Shown: positions 11,781-26,156, counted from the stretch's first letter. The stretch is DNA of 64,000 bases from Myxococcota bacterium (GCA_041687695.1 JAWLBL010000013.1:162274-226273); one strand, 5' to 3'. Program-made: numbers and translations. The notes: generated from the letters alone by a model not told the origin.

Positions 11781-12575
11781 TCAGAGGCGAACGGCGCCCG
11801 TGAGCCCGACGTAGGGCACGTTGCGCAGACCCACATCCAGGCGCAGGACACCTTCGGCGCCCAGCTCGACCTGCAGGCCGCTGAACAGGTGCAGCACCGG
11901 CAACACACGGGGGACCTCTGCGTCGTCGTAGGTGACCTGGCGCCAGTGGGGGCAGGTCGCGACCGGCTCCTCGCAGGTGGGCAGGACCTCGGCCGTCCGG
12001 GCGGGGCCGATGAGCGCGGCGAGGCCGAGGCCGGCGCCGTAATGCAACGCGAAGGTGCCGGAGCCGAAGGGCACGAAGCCGCGGTAGGCGACGTCGACCG
12101 ACAGGATGTCGAGATCGATCTCGGCGTAGGTCGCCCCGAAGGTGGGCGTCCCGGTCAGCCGCCAGTTGCCGTCGGGGAAGGAAAGGCGCATCCAGTCGAC
12201 CTCGACGGCGATCTGGTAGTCCAGCCGCCGGCCGGTCACGAAGGTGACGCCGGCCGCGACGCCGTCGACCGACGGGTGGTCGGTGTAGAAGGCGCTCAGG
12301 ATGGCGTCGGGGATGCTGACGAAGCGGCTGTAGACGCCCATCAGCGACTCGCGCGGGGCCTCGGGGCCCGGCTCGGGTTCGGGATCCGGGGCGCGGCGCG
12401 TGACCGTCGGCGCCGGGCCGAGCGCGCCCGGCTCGGGGTGCAGGCGCGAGGCGCCGCCGCGCTCGTCGAGGATGGGGAGCGGGTCGGCCGGCTGGGCGCG
12501 CGCGCCGTCGCTCGGGGCGACCGTCAGCGTCAGGGCGGCGAACAGGACGCGCGCGATGGGGCAGGGGTGGCGCAT
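11781..12575 (-). CDS. Putative outer-membrane beta-barrel protein
   Basis: Signal peptide (ARA-Q); alternating amphipathic strands (HYGAGLGL; C-terminal YVGLTGAVRL). Confidence 0.55.
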   Translation of the reverse strand: MRHPCPIARVLFAALTLTVAPSDGARAQPADPLPILDERGGASRLHPEPGALGPAPTVTRRAPDPEPEPGPEAPRESLMGVYSRFVSIPDAILSAFYTDHPSVDGVAAGVTFVTGRRLDYQIAVEVDWMRLSFPDGNWRLTGTPTFGATYAEIDLDILSVDVAYRGFVPFGSGTFALHYGAGLGLAALIGPARTAEVLPTCEEPVATCPHWRQVTYDDAEVPRVLPVLHLFSGLQVELGAEGVLRLDVGLRNVPYVGLTGAVRL

Positions 12576-12642
12576 GAAGCGGCGCTAGCATAGGTTGGCA
12601 TGCGCCTGGCCGCAATCGGCATCGGACCCGAGGAGCCCGCCC

Positions 12643-13287
12643 GTGACCACGCCCACCCGCTACGTCTTCGACCTCGACGGCACGCTCGTGGACGCCTTCG
12701 CCGACCTCCTGGACGCCCTCGGCCACGCCCTGACCCGGCTGGGCGGCCGCCCGCTGACGATGCCCGAGCTGAAGGAGCGCGTGGGCCACGGCGCGCACCA
12801 CCTGGTGGCCAGCAGCTGCGGCCTGGTCGGCCTGCCGGACGAGGCGGTGGACGAGGCCTACGCCCTCTTCAAGGCCGCCTACCGCGGGCACTGCAGCGCC
12901 AAGACACGCGCCTACGAGGGCGTCCCGGCGCTGCTGACCGCGCTCGGGCCCGAGCGCGGCGCCGTCCTGACGAACAAGCCGCGCGCCTTCGCGCTGCGCA
13001 TCCTGGGCGAGCTGCGCCTGCGGGCGCTGCTGGGGCCGGTCGTCGGCGGCGACAGCCTGCCGACGCGCAAGCCCGATCCGTCGACGCTGCGCTTCGTCGC
13101 CCGCCTGTGGGGCGCGCCGCTCGAGTCGCTGACGATGGTCGGCGACAGCGTCATCGACGTCGAGGTGGCGCGCCGCGCCGGGATCCCGTGCGTCGCCGTC
13201 ACCTGGGGGCAGCACGGCCGGGAGGTCCTACTAGCGGCTGGGGCGACGCGCATCATCGATCACCCGAGCGAGCTGCTCACGGACTGA
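12643..13287 (+). CDS. gph: HAD-family hydrolase, phosphoglycolate phosphatase-like
   Basis: FDLDGTLVD, LTNKP, RKPDP, MVGDS; GTG start after AGGAG. Confidence 0.8.
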   Translation: MTTPTRYVFDLDGTLVDAFADLLDALGHALTRLGGRPLTMPELKERVGHGAHHLVASSCGLVGLPDEAVDEAYALFKAAYRGHCSAKTRAYEGVPALLTALGPERGAVLTNKPRAFALRILGELRLRALLGPVVGGDSLPTRKPDPSTLRFVARLWGAPLESLTMVGDSVIDVEVARRAGIPCVAVTWGQHGREVLLAAGATRIIDHPSELLTD

Positions 13288-13378
13288 GCGCGTGGCCGGG
13301 GCCGCAGCGCTGCGTCGACCCCCCGAAGAGCCGCGGATGGCCGCGATTTGGCGCAAGAAATTGGCGTCGACAGTAGCG

Positions 13379-13407
13379 TTGACACCTCTGGGGGGGCGTG
13401 TTAGGCA
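13379..13407 (+). promoter_or_regulatory. sigma70-type promoter of the tRNA-Gln/rplY operon
   Basis: TTGACA-17 bp-(TG-t)TAGGCA. Confidence 0.55.
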
Positions 13408-13468
13408 TCCGCACCCTCGCTTCCGGGGGTCCCCGGGGACCTTCGAGCGGGATGCCCAAGCGGCTTGC

Positions 13469-13540
13469 TGGGGCGTCGTCAAGTGGCAAGACACGGGTTT
13501 TTGGTACCCGCATTCGTAGGTTCGAATCCTACCGCCCCAA
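13469..13540 (+). tRNA. tRNA-Gln (TTG)
   Basis: Acceptor stem TGGGGCG/CGCCCCA; anticodon arm CGGGT-TTTTGGT-ACCCG; T arm GTAGG-TTCGAAT-CCTAC; CCA not encoded. Confidence 0.95.
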
Positions 13541-13655
13541 GTCGCCTCCACATCCACCATCGATTCCGAAGGTGACCGGCCCGTCGGGGCCGGCGCTGTA
13601 GGACCTGCCGACCGCCGACACCAGGCGCGCGGCACATGCCCATCGAGGATCCGTC

Positions 13656-14273
13656 ATGGAAACTGCCCAGCTCCGCGCCACCCCGCGCCCCGAGGCCGGC
13701 AAGAGCGCCAACCGCACCCTGCGCGCCGGCGGCAAGATCCCGGCCGTCGTCTACGGCTACCAGCGCGAGAACGCGCCCATCGCGGTGTCGCCCAAGGAAG
13801 TCGTCGCCATCCTCAACGGCCCGCGCGGCTTCAACACGCCGATCGAGCTGACGGTCGAGGGCGAGGCCACGCCCCGCCTGACGATGATCCGGGACCACCA
13901 GCTGCAGCCCTGGCGCCGCACGCTGCAGCACATCGACTTCTGGGAGATCACCCCGGAGACGGTCGTGACCGTCACGGTCCCCTTCGAGCGCGTGGGCCGC
14001 TCGGCGCCCGAGCGCGCCGGTGGCAAGGTCCGCCAGACCCGCAAGGACCTGAAGATCCGCTGCGTGCCCAGCAAGATCCCGGCGTCCATCCAGTTCGACA
14101 TGACGGCCATGCCCGAGGCGAACGCCAACATCACGGTCTCGCAGATCCCGATGCCCGAGGGCATCGAGGCCGTGTGGAAGCACGACTTCAGCCTCATCCA
14201 GATCAAGATGCCGAAGGTCGTCGCGACCGAGGCGGCGCCCGAGAAGGGCAAGAAGGGCAAGGGCAAGAAGTAG
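13656..14273 (+). CDS. rplY: 50S ribosomal protein L25 / Ctc
   Basis: GKSANRTLRAGGKIPAVVYG, QHIDF; long Ctc-type form; precedes pth. Confidence 0.93.
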   Translation: METAQLRATPRPEAGKSANRTLRAGGKIPAVVYGYQRENAPIAVSPKEVVAILNGPRGFNTPIELTVEGEATPRLTMIRDHQLQPWRRTLQHIDFWEITPETVVTVTVPFERVGRSAPERAGGKVRQTRKDLKIRCVPSKIPASIQFDMTAMPEANANITVSQIPMPEGIEAVWKHDFSLIQIKMPKVVATEAAPEKGKKGKGKK

Positions 14274-14382
14274 CGATCGGGGCGGCTCGCCGCCCCGCGT
14301 CGCCAGCGCCGTTCGTCCGGCCTCGCTTCGGCGCGGGCCGGGCGGTCGGGGCCGCAAGCAAAGGATCATGGAGGGCCTGGAC

Positions 14383-14961
14383 ATGCCCTGGCTGGTCGCC
14401 GGTCTGGGAAATCCGGGCCCTCAGTACGCCGGGAACCGACACAACATCGGTTTCATGGTGGCCGACGAGCTCGCGCGCCGCGCGGGCGAGACCTTCCGTG
14501 ACAAGTTCAACGCCCGGATGGCGCGGGGGCAGCTATCGGGACAGGACGCGGTCCTGCTCGAGCCCCTGACCTTCATGAACCGCAGCGGCACCTCGATCGC
14601 GGCCGCGGCGACCTTCTTCAAAGTCGACATCGGGCAGGTCATCGTCATCCATGACGAGCTGGATCTGCCCTTCGGCGCCCTCCGAATCAAGGTTGGGGGC
14701 GGACACGGGGGTCACAATGGCCTCCGCTCGATCTTTCAGCATCTGGGCCAGGACTTCGTTCGGATCCGGTGCGGCATCGGCCGCCCGGCCCACGGAGACG
14801 TGACGGGGTACGTCCTCGGAGACTTCTCCGCGGACGAGCGACCGCACCTCGCCCAACTCATCGACACGGCCGCGGACGCCGTGGAGAGCGTGCTCCGGGT
14901 CGGTCCGGGGCCGGCGATGAACACCTTCCACGCCGACAAGGGCAAGGGTGGAAGGGCTTGA
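14383..14961 (+). CDS. pth: Peptidyl-tRNA hydrolase
   Basis: GLGNPG, RHNIGF, TFMNRSG, HDELD, GHNGLRS; alternative ATG at 14368. Confidence 0.96.
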   Translation: MPWLVAGLGNPGPQYAGNRHNIGFMVADELARRAGETFRDKFNARMARGQLSGQDAVLLEPLTFMNRSGTSIAAAATFFKVDIGQVIVIHDELDLPFGALRIKVGGGHGGHNGLRSIFQHLGQDFVRIRCGIGRPAHGDVTGYVLGDFSADERPHLAQLIDTAADAVESVLRVGPGPAMNTFHADKGKGGRA

Positions 14962-14998
14962 TTGGGGACATGACCCCTCACGACGAGGAGCAAAGTCG

Positions 14999-17275
<2,277 letters not shown>

Positions 17276-17370
17276 GCACCGGGACGCGGCGTGCCCCCAC
17301 GGGCGCCGCGTCCTCGTGATTTGGGACTTGCATGACGGGGGCGGGTGAGACATTCTCCCGCCCCCGTTCG

Positions 17371-17420
17371 TCTCCTTGCTCCGGCCGAAGGTCGGCCGGG
17401 GCCCGAAGTCCAAAGGGAGA
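17371..17420 (+). promoter_or_regulatory. S6:S18 ribosomal-protein leader (autoregulatory RNA)
   Basis: TCTCCTT pairs with the SD-containing AGGGAGA; inner stem GCTCCGGCCGA/TCGGCCGGGGC followed by unpaired CCG, directly 5' of rpsF. This matches the described S6:S18 leader architecture. Confidence 0.7.
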
Positions 17421-17424
17421 ACCG

Positions 17425-17853
17425 ATGTATCTCAGGAAGTACGAGACGGTCGCCATCGTGAACCCGGATGCGGGCACGGACGGCGTCCAGCGCGTGCTCG
17501 ACCGTATGCGCGAGGCCATCACCAAGACCGGTGGCCAAGAGGCGCGGCTCGAGGATTGGGGCCGGCGTCGCCTGGCCTTCGAGATGGCCAAGCAGAACAA
17601 GGGCCATTACCTGTACCTGCTCTACCTCGGCACGACCTCGACGGTCGCCGAGCTCGAGCGCCTGCTCGGCATCACCGAGGAGGCGATGAAGTACCAGACG
17701 GTGCTGCTCGACCCCCGCGTCAAGGCCGACGAGTTCGACTTCGAGAAGGCCAAGAGCGAGTCGACGCAGCACGCCCGGTCCGAGGCGGCCTCGCCCCTGT
17801 TCGAGGACGACGAGGACGAGTCGGATGACGAAGAGTACGAGGAGGAGGACTAG
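17425..17853 (+). CDS. rpsF: 30S ribosomal protein S6
   Basis: [27 protein letters not shown]; acidic tail. Confidence 0.95.
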   Translation: MYLRKYETVAIVNPDAGTDGVQRVLDRMREAITKTGGQEARLEDWGRRRLAFEMAKQNKGHYLYLLYLGTTSTVAELERLLGITEEAMKYQTVLLDPRVKADEFDFEKAKSESTQHARSEAASPLFEDDEDESDDEEYEEED

Positions 17854-17855
17854 CC

Positions 17856-18095
17856 ATGCGCAAGCGTCGTACCGGCGGCCGCCGTAAAGTCTGCCCGTTC
17901 CTGGCGGACAAGAACCTCGCGGCCCAGCTCGATTACAAGAACCCCGAGCTCCTCAAGCGCTTCATCACCGATCGCGGCCGCATCGTGCCCCGCCGCATCT
18001 CGGGCGTGAGCTCGTTCTATCAGCGCATCCTGGCCCGCGAGATCAAGCGCGCCCGTGCCATCGCGCTCCTCCCCTACGCCTCCGCGGGCGAATAG
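17856..18095 (+). CDS. rpsR: 30S ribosomal protein S18
   Basis: [37 protein letters not shown]. Confidence 0.97.
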   Translation: MRKRRTGGRRKVCPFLADKNLAAQLDYKNPELLKRFITDRGRIVPRRISGVSSFYQRILAREIKRARAIALLPYASAGE

Positions 18096-18117
18096 CCCAG
18101 GCGGACCGGAGACACCC

Positions 18118-18561
18118 ATGCAGGTCATCCTGACTCAGGACGTGCCGAACCTGGGCGCGGCGGGCGAGATCGTCGACGTCAAGCCGGGTTATGGCGCCAA
18201 CTTCCTCATCCCGCAGGGCCACGCGGTCCTCGCGACCAGCCGCAACATGTCGCGCGTTCAGCACGAGCGCCGGCAGATCGAGGCGCGGATCGCCCGCGAG
18301 CGCGCCGACGCGCAGCAGGCTGCGTCCAAGCTCAAGGGCCTCAGCGTCACCCTGACGCGGCTCGTGGGCGAGGACGACAAGATCTTCGGCTCGGTCACGA
18401 CCAAGGACATCGCGGACGCCCTGGCCAACGAGGGGATCCGCATCGATCGCCGGCAGATCATCCTCGATCAGCCGCTCAAGGCGCTCGGCGTGTACGAGGT
18501 CGACATCAAGCTGCATCGCGACGTGAAGACCCAGATCAAGGTCTGGGTGGTCGCGGACTGA
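18118..18561 (+). CDS. rplI: 50S ribosomal protein L9
   Basis: MQVILTQDVPNLG, VKPGYGANFLIPQG, KIFGSVT. Confidence 0.97.
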   Translation: MQVILTQDVPNLGAAGEIVDVKPGYGANFLIPQGHAVLATSRNMSRVQHERRQIEARIARERADAQQAASKLKGLSVTLTRLVGEDDKIFGSVTTKDIADALANEGIRIDRRQIILDQPLKALGVYEVDIKLHRDVKTQIKVWVVAD

Positions 18562-18622
18562 CGCGGCCTGCCGCGCCGGGTGCCCTCGGGGCGCGCGGTG
18601 CGGCGCGGAGCCGTCCCTTTCA

Positions 18623-18653
18623 GGCCCGTCGGTGCAAGCCGGCGGGTCTTTTT
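18623..18653 (+). terminator. Intrinsic terminator after rplI
   Basis: GGCCCGTCGG-tgcaag-CCGGCGGGTC hairpin followed by TTTTT. Confidence 0.55.
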
Positions 18654-18672
18654 CGTTTGGCGGGAGTGGACG

Positions 18673-19592
<920 letters not shown>

Positions 19593-19596
<4 letters not shown>

Positions 19597-20303
19597 CCCG
19601 CGTCCGCGTCGAGGGCCCGGCGGCCCCGGGCGAGCGCCTGACGCTGGACCCGGGGCAGGGGCACCACCTGGCGCGCGTGCTGCGCAAGGGCGTTGGCGAC
19701 GCGGTCGAGCTGGTCGACGGCCAGGGCGTGCGGTTCGCGGCGCGGCTGGTGGCCACGGAGCCGGTCGCGCTCGAGGTGGGCGAGCCGCTCGGGGCGGCGC
19801 CGGCCAACCCGGTCGAGCCCCTGGAGATCTGGCTGCCGCTGCTCAAGGGAGGCCGCAGCGACGATCTGGTCCGGCAGCTGGTCGAGCTGGGGGCGACCCG
19901 CATCGTCCCCTATGTCTCCGAGCGGACGGTGGCCCGGCCCGACGCCAAGCGCGCGTCCCGCCAGCGCGAGCGCTGGCAGAGCATCGCCATCGAGGCGACC
20001 CGGCAGTGCGGGCGCAGCGACGAGCCGTCCGTACAGGACGTCGCGGGCCTGCCCGACGAGGGCCCCGGCGTCTTCCTGTGGGAGGGCGGCGGGCGCCCAG
20101 CGCGGCAGGTCCTGTACAACGCGGCGCGGCCGCTGCGTGTCCTGGTGGGACCCGAGGGTGGGCTGGCGCAGGCCGAGGCCGACCGTCTGGTGGCGCAGGG
20201 CTGGGAGGCGGCGTGGCTGGGGCCGCGGGTGCTGAGGGCCGAGACGGCGGTCATCGCGGCGGCCGTGCTGGCCCTGAGCGCGCTTGGCGACGGCGGCTAC
20301 TGA
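19593..20303 (+). CDS. rsmE: 16S rRNA m3U1498 methyltransferase
   Basis: HHLARVLR, ELG, EATRQCGR, VGPEGG, LGPRVLRAETA; GTGA overlap with prmA. Confidence 0.93.
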
Positions 20304-21217
20304 GCCCGCTCGGCGGCCAGGCTGGCGTCTAGCCGGCGGCCCCAGGTGATCATCGCCACGAACGCGATGTTCATGGGGACCGTGACCGTCAGCAAGTACC
20401 ACCAGAACGACTGCGGGAAGAAGGGAGCCGCCATGATGGCCAGGACGATGAGCACGTTGTGCGTCGTCGGGCCGATCCAGCTGGCGGCGCGCAGGAAGGG
20501 GCTGGTGCGTCGGACGAAGGCCTCGCGCTCGGCCTCGTCGGCCAGAAAGCGCGGGCGCGACTCGATGACCAGGCGCTGCTGGAAGAGCGTGTAGCGCAGA
20601 TAGAGCCACAGGCCGATGCGCTCCCAAGCCGACTCGGCGTTGGCGAACTCGCGGCGGAGCTGATCGGGCGGGTCGATCTCGGTCTTGGCGGGCGCGACGT
20701 GGGCCAGGAACCACTGCTTGCGGAAGTCGAACAGACCCGAGTGCAGCGCCATGGAGGCGCCGGCCAGGAGCATCCAGGCGAACAGGCCCCAGCCGTCGAC
20801 CAGGCGGTCGCGGAACAGCACGCCGGTGTAGGCGAGGTAGCTCCACATGCCCAGGTGCACGGCGAGGGCGGTCGAGTAGTCGGCGATGCCGTCCATCATG
20901 CGGCCAAGGCGCGTGCCGCCGCCGCGCTGGCGGGCGAGCTGGCCGTCGACGCAGTCGAGGACCATGGAGGTCAGTAGGCAGATGGCCGCGAACCCGAGCG
21001 AGCCGGGCGTGCCGACGGCGATGAACCAGCCGGTGAGGGCGCCCAGGGAGGCGGACACGAGGGTCACCTGGTTGGGCGTGACCGGGGTATGGACGAGGCC
21101 CTGGACCACCAGCGCGGCGACGCGTCGGTTCACGTGTAGATCATAGAGCTCCTCGACGACGGGGCTCTTGACCGCGTCATCCGTCGGGACGGTGCCGGCA
21201 TGGGTGCGTTGGCGCAT
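20297..21217 (-). CDS. CDP-alcohol phosphatidyltransferase family protein
   Basis: TPNQVT and the DCVDGQLARxxxxxxxxGxxxDxxxD signature. Confidence 0.88.
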   Translation of the reverse strand: MRQRTHAGTVPTDDAVKSPVVEELYDLHVNRRVAALVVQGLVHTPVTPNQVTLVSASLGALTGWFIAVGTPGSLGFAAICLLTSMVLDCVDGQLARQRGGGTRLGRMMDGIADYSTALAVHLGMWSYLAYTGVLFRDRLVDGWGLFAWMLLAGASMALHSGLFDFRKQWFLAHVAPAKTEIDPPDQLRREFANAESAWERIGLWLYLRYTLFQQRLVIESRPRFLADEAEREAFVRRTSPFLRAASWIGPTTHNVLIVLAIMAAPFFPQSFWWYLLTVTVPMNIAFVAMITWGRRLDASLAAERAQ

Positions 21218-21222
21218 GGACC

Positions 21223-22797
21223 TCAGACCTGTTTGTGGACCCAGCGTTTGGTGGCGAACCAGAGGGCGTAGGCGATGCCGCTGAGGACGTTGCCGAGGGC
21301 GATGAGCAGCCAGGTGCGCTCGGGCGTCACGTCCGAGAGGAGGACCGTCAACAGCGTAATGGGAATCACGAGACCCAAAAGGACCAGGCTGTCCAGCACG
21401 AGGCTCGAGAGCGTGGCTCCCGCGCCGGCGAGCGCCTGCGAGAGGACGACGGCGACGCCGAGGAACGCGTAGCTGAGGCCGACGACGCCCAGATACTCTA
21501 CGCCGGTGGCGACGACCCGCGGGTCGTCGTCGAACAGGCCGACGATGGCGGGGGCCCAGGCGCGATAGATCGCCAGGACGCCGATCATGACCAGCGCGTT
21601 GTACAGGGCGGCGACCCAGGCGGCGGTGTTGGCGCGGCCGGGCCGGAGCGCGCCGAGGTTCTGGCCGACCCAGGTGCTGGCGGCGGCGCCCCAGCCCATC
21701 CCGGTGAACAGGGCGACCGTGTCGAGGCGGATGCAGATGCCGTAGGCGGTCAGGACCGTGCTGTCCTCGGCCGTCGTGAAGTGGTGGCCGATGAGGGCGG
21801 TGAAGAAGAGGATGACCAGGATGCGAAGGACGAACTGGGCCGAGCTGGGCCAGGCGATGCGGACCAGGCGCCGGACGTCGGCGGCGCGGGGCCACATGGC
21901 CAGCGGGCTGAAGCGTAGGTCGCGGTGGGCGGCGAAGAGGAGGGCGAAGCCCAGGACGATGGCGAGGCCGCGCGACCACAGAGTGCTCCAGGCCGCGCCG
22001 GCGACGCCCATGCGGGGGAGGTCGAGCGCCTCGGCGAGCGGGGGCCCCCACGCGAACAGCTCGGGCGCCGGCCCGGGCCCGTAGACCATGGTCACCGACA
22101 GGAACAGGTTGAGGACGTTGGCGCCGACGAGCAGCACCATCGGGGTGACCGAGTCGCCGACGGCGCGCATCATGGCGGTGATCTGGAACAGCACCAGGAC
22201 CGTGAAGGAGCCGCCGACGATGATGCGCATGTACTCGGCGGCCATCTCCTGGACGGGGCCTTTGGCGCCGAAGACGTCGGCGGTCAGCGGCTCGGCGAGG
22301 AGCAGGCCTATCGCGCCGAAGACGATGGACAGGGCGAGGGTCAGGCCCATCGCCTGGGCCGAGGTCGTCGAGATGGCCCGGTCGTCGCCCTCGCCACGGC
22401 GGCGCGCGATGATGGCCACGGTGGCGTTCGAGACGCCGTTGGCGACGATCGAGGCGACCATGGCGACCAGATCGCAGATGGCCAGGGCGGCCAGCGCTTC
22501 GGTGCCCTCGGGCAGCTGGCCGACGATGAACATGTCGACCAGGTTGAACATGGCCTGCAGGGCCATGGCGACCACCAGGGGCAGCCCGAACCAGGCGACG
22601 CCGGTGCTCACGCGGCCGTGCAGGATGCGGGAACGCGGCTTCGCGCTCGGGGTGCGAAGCGCGCTCTCCGGTGCGTGTCCCTGCGGGGCGTCGGGGGGCG
22701 GGCTCACCGCGGGCGCGCGGCCACGGGGCGCGGGCTTGACCGCGGCGCCGGCGCCGCTCTCGGCCGGCTGGATCTCGTGAACTTCGTCGTCGTGCAC
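21223..22797 (-). CDS. MATE family efflux transporter
   Basis: About 12 hydrophobic segments; FNLVDMFIVGQL, RAVGDSVTP, MGVAGAAWST, VGQNLGA; start codon uncertain. Confidence 0.88.
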   Translation of the reverse strand: MHDDEVHEIQPAESGAGAAVKPAPRGRAPAVSPPPDAPQGHAPESALRTPSAKPRSRILHGRVSTGVAWFGLPLVVAMALQAMFNLVDMFIVGQLPEGTEALAALAICDLVAMVASIVANGVSNATVAIIARRRGEGDDRAISTTSAQAMGLTLALSIVFGAIGLLLAEPLTADVFGAKGPVQEMAAEYMRIIVGGSFTVLVLFQITAMMRAVGDSVTPMVLLVGANVLNLFLSVTMVYGPGPAPELFAWGPPLAEALDLPRMGVAGAAWSTLWSRGLAIVLGFALLFAAHRDLRFSPLAMWPRAADVRRLVRIAWPSSAQFVLRILVILFFTALIGHHFTTAEDSTVLTAYGICIRLDTVALFTGMGWGAAASTWVGQNLGALRPGRANTAAWVAALYNALVMIGVLAIYRAWAPAIVGLFDDDPRVVATGVEYLGVVGLSYAFLGVAVVLSQALAGAGATLSSLVLDSLVLLGLVIPITLLTVLLSDVTPERTWLLIALGNVLSGIAYALWFATKRWVHKQV

Positions 22798-23129
22798 CGT
22801 TTGGGCCCCGCGCTCCTGGGTGGGTGGTCGTCGCGCCCGCTCGGTGGTATGCAATGCAACATCCGGTCCAGCTCTGCGAGGTCGCGGGAGGGGGTCGGGC
22901 GACCGCACGCGGTGGGGTCGAGTGACCGCGGCTCTGATAGGCTCGCCGCAGACCGCGAGTCAACGGAACGCGCGCGAAGGGTGGGGCCGGCCGACCCCGG
23001 TGCAGCCCATCCGCGGCCCTTCCGCGACGCCACGACGACGTGCCGCGCCGGGCTTGAAATCCTTGGGAGGGTGCCCACGTTCTGCTATCGTTTCGAGCCC
23101 TCCCGCTCCCCAGCCCCTTAGGCTTACCG

Positions 23130-25925
23130 ATGGTCAACTGGTTCAAGAGAATGTTCGGGACCGCGAACGAGCGGACCCTCAAGCAGATCCAGCCGCTCGT
23201 CGAGCAGGTCAACCAGCTCGAGTCCAAGATGGCGGGGTACAGCGACGCCCAGCTGCAGGGCAAGACCGGCGAGTTCAAGCAGAAGCTGGCCAACGGCGCC
23301 AGCCTCGACGAGATCCTGCCGTCGGCGTTCGCGGTGATGCGCGAGGCGGGCAAGCGGGTGCTCGGGATGCGCCACTACGACGTGCAGCTCGTCGGCGGGA
23401 CGGTGCTGCACCAGGGCAAGATCGCCGAGATGAAGACGGGCGAGGGCAAGACGCTCGTCGCGACGCTGCCCGTGTACCTGAACGCGCTGTCCGGCAACGG
23501 CGTGCACGTCATCACGGTCAACGACTACCTCGCCTCGCGTGACGCCGAGTGGATGGGGCAGGTCTACCGCTGGCTGGGGCTGACGACCGGCGTCATCGTG
23601 CACGATCTGTCGGACACCGAGCGGCAGCGGGCCTACGGCGCCGACATCACCTACGGCACGAACAACGAGTTCGGGTTCGACTACCTGCGCGACAACATGA
23701 AGTTCTCGCTCGACCGCCGGGTGCAGCGCGGGCGCAACTTCGCCATCGTCGACGAGGTCGACTCCATCCTCATCGACGAGGCGCGCACCCCGCTCATCAT
23801 CTCGGGGCCCAGCGACAAGTCGTCCGACTGGTACTACCGCATCAACGCGGTCATCCCGTTCCTCAAGCGCGAAGAGGACTTCCTCGTCGACGAGAAGAGC
23901 CACTCGGCCACGCTGACCGACAGCGGCGTCGACAAGGTCGAGTCGCGGCTCAAGCTCGACAACCTCTACGACGCCGAGAACATCGAGATCCTGCACCACG
24001 TGCACCAGGCCCTCAAGGCGCACACGCTCTACAAGAAGGACGTCAACTACGTCATCGAAGAGGGCAAGGTCGTCATCGTCGACGAGTTCACGGGCCGCAA
24101 GATGAAGGGCCGCCGCTGGTCCGACGGCCTGCACCAGGCGGTCGAGGCCAAGGAGGGCGTGCGCATCGAGGCCGAGAACGAGACGCTCGCGACCATCACC
24201 TTCCAGAACTACTTCCGCCTGTACGAGAAGCTCGGCGGCATGACCGGTACGGCCGACACCGAGGCGTCGGAGTTCCTCGAGATCTACAAGCTGCCGGTGG
24301 TGGTCATCCCGACCAACAAGCCCGTCATCCGCAAGGACGAGAACGACCTCATCTACAAGTCCGAGCAGGAGAAGTGGTTCGCCGTGGCCGACGACGTCGT
24401 CGCGGCCCACGAGCGCGGCCAGCCGGTCCTGGTCGGCACGACCAGCGTCGAAAAGAGCGAGTACCTGTCGACCGTGCTGACCCGCAAGGGCGTGCCGCAC
24501 TCGGTCCTGAACGCCAAGTACCACGCGATGGAGGCGTCCATCGTGGCGCAGGCGGGCCGCCGTGGCGCGGTGACCATCGCGACCAACATGGCCGGCCGCG
24601 GCACCGACATCCTGCTGGGCGGCAACCCCGAGTTCATGGCGCGCGCCGAGGCCGGCACCGAAGAGGGGCCCGACTTCGAGGCGGCGATCGCCAAGTTCAA
24701 GGAGCAGTGCGCCAACGAGCGGCAACAGGTGCTCGACGCGGGCGGGCTGCACATCGTCGGCACCGAGCGGCACGAGAGCCGGCGCGTCGACAACCAGCTG
24801 CGCGGCCGCGCGGGGCGCCAGGGCGACCCGGGCTCGAGCCGGTTCTTCCTGAGCCTCGACGACGACCTGATGCGCATCTTCGGCCACGAGCGCATCAAGA
24901 AGGTCATGGAAGCGCTCCGGATGCCGGACAACGAGCCCATCGAGCACAAGTGGATCAACAAGGCCGTCGAGAACGCGCAGAAGAAGATCGAGGCGCGCAA
25001 CTTCGACATGCGAAAGCACGTCCTCGAGTACGACGACGTGATGAACCTGCAGCGCAAGGCCATCTACCAGCTGCGTGACCGCGTCCTGTCGGGCGAGGAG
25101 ACGCCGCAGCTCGTGCGCGAGGCCATCGAGGACGTCGTCGACCGCATCTGTGACGAGGCGATGCCCGAGGGCTTCGACCCGCACGACTTCGACGCGGCCG
25201 AGCTGGTCAAGGCGCTCGAGGCCCAGTTCACGGCCAAGGCCGACTTCTCCAAGGTCGAGTCGCCCAGCTTCGAGGCCTACCGCGACGCCGCGGCGCAGCA
25301 GATGAAGGCCTTCTACGACCAGCGCGAGATGGGGATCATCGACGCGCTGCAGCGCGCGGCGGTCGCGCAGGGCTCCGAGATCACGCCCGAGATCGCGCGC
25401 GAGCGCTGGCGGTTCTTCGAGCGCGAGCGCTACCTGCGGTCCATCGACACGCTGTGGAAGCACCACCTGAAGGTGATGGAGTCCCTCAAGGAGGGCATCA
25501 ACCTGCAGGCCTACGCGCAGAAGGACCCGAAGCTGGCCTACAAGAAGGAGGGCTACGAGCTCTTCCAGATGATGGTCGACAAGGTGAAGGAGAACGTCAC
25601 CGAGGTGCTCTTCCGCGCCGAGGGGCCGACCGAGGAGGAGATCCAGCGCATGCGCGAGCGGCGCCTCGAGGAGGAGAACCGCATCCTGCTCATGCGCCAG
25701 CAGCAGGAGGCCGCGCAGGCCGCCGCCGAGGCCAAGGCCAGCGCCTCCGCCGCGCAGCAGCAGGCCGAGGCCGCCCGCATCGCCCACCAGGGCGGGACCT
25801 TCACCCGCAAGTACGACAAGGTGGGCCGCAACGATCCGTGCCCCTGCGGCAGCGGCAAGAAGTTCAAGAAGTGCCACGAGGGGCGCCTCGAGGAGCTGTC
25901 CGCCACGGCGTCCTCGCGGACCTGA
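23130..25925 (+). CDS. secA: Preprotein translocase subunit SecA
   Basis: [49 protein letters not shown]-terminal [17 protein letters not shown]. Confidence 0.99.
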   Translation: MVNWFKRMFGTANERTLKQIQPLVEQVNQLESKMAGYSDAQLQGKTGEFKQKLANGASLDEILPSAFAVMREAGKRVLGMRHYDVQLVGGTVLHQGKIAEMKTGEGKTLVATLPVYLNALSGNGVHVITVNDYLASRDAEWMGQVYRWLGLTTGVIVHDLSDTERQRAYGADITYGTNNEFGFDYLRDNMKFSLDRRVQRGRNFAIVDEVDSILIDEARTPLIISGPSDKSSDWYYRINAVIPFLKREEDFLVDEKSHSATLTDSGVDKVESRLKLDNLYDAENIEILHHVHQALKAHTLYKKDVNYVIEEGKVVIVDEFTGRKMKGRRWSDGLHQAVEAKEGVRIEAENETLATITFQNYFRLYEKLGGMTGTADTEASEFLEIYKLPVVVIPTNKPVIRKDENDLIYKSEQEKWFAVADDVVAAHERGQPVLVGTTSVEKSEYLSTVLTRKGVPHSVLNAKYHAMEASIVAQAGRRGAVTIATNMAGRGTDILLGGNPEFMARAEAGTEEGPDFEAAIAKFKEQCANERQQVLDAGGLHIVGTERHESRRVDNQLRGRAGRQGDPGSSRFFLSLDDDLMRIFGHERIKKVMEALRMPDNEPIEHKWINKAVENAQKKIEARNFDMRKHVLEYDDVMNLQRKAIYQLRDRVLSGEETPQLVREAIEDVVDRICDEAMPEGFDPHDFDAAELVKALEAQFTAKADFSKVESPSFEAYRDAAAQQMKAFYDQREMGIIDALQRAAVAQGSEITPEIARERWRFFERERYLRSIDTLWKHHLKVMESLKEGINLQAYAQKDPKLAYKKEGYELFQMMVDKVKENVTEVLFRAEGPTEEEIQRMRERRLEEENRILLMRQQQEAAQAAAEAKASASAAQQQAEAARIAHQGGTFTRKYDKVGRNDPCPCGSGKKFKKCHEGRLEELSATASSRT

Positions 25926-26101
25926 TGGACCGCTGACGTCGTCGAGGCGGAGCCCACCCCTGACGGTGGGCTCCGTCGTTTCGAAGACCGAGGGCCAGGC
26001 CCGTCCGTCCGCCCCGGCGTCCTCGCGGACCTGATGGACCGCTGACGTCGAGACGGAGCCCACCCCCGATGGTGGGCTCCGTCGTTTCGCAGGCCGAGGG
26101 C
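25906..26101 (+). repeat. Direct duplication (~90 bp x2) of the secA 3' end plus terminator-like hairpin
   Basis: Copies at 25906-25995 and 26015-26101; each contains CGGAGCCCACC-N6-GGTGGGCTCCG followed by TCGTTTCG. Confidence 0.9.
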
Positions 26102-26156
26102 GGGGCCCGACCCGACCTTGACAGCCTCGGCGGGCGCGGGCCATAACCCGCGCACG

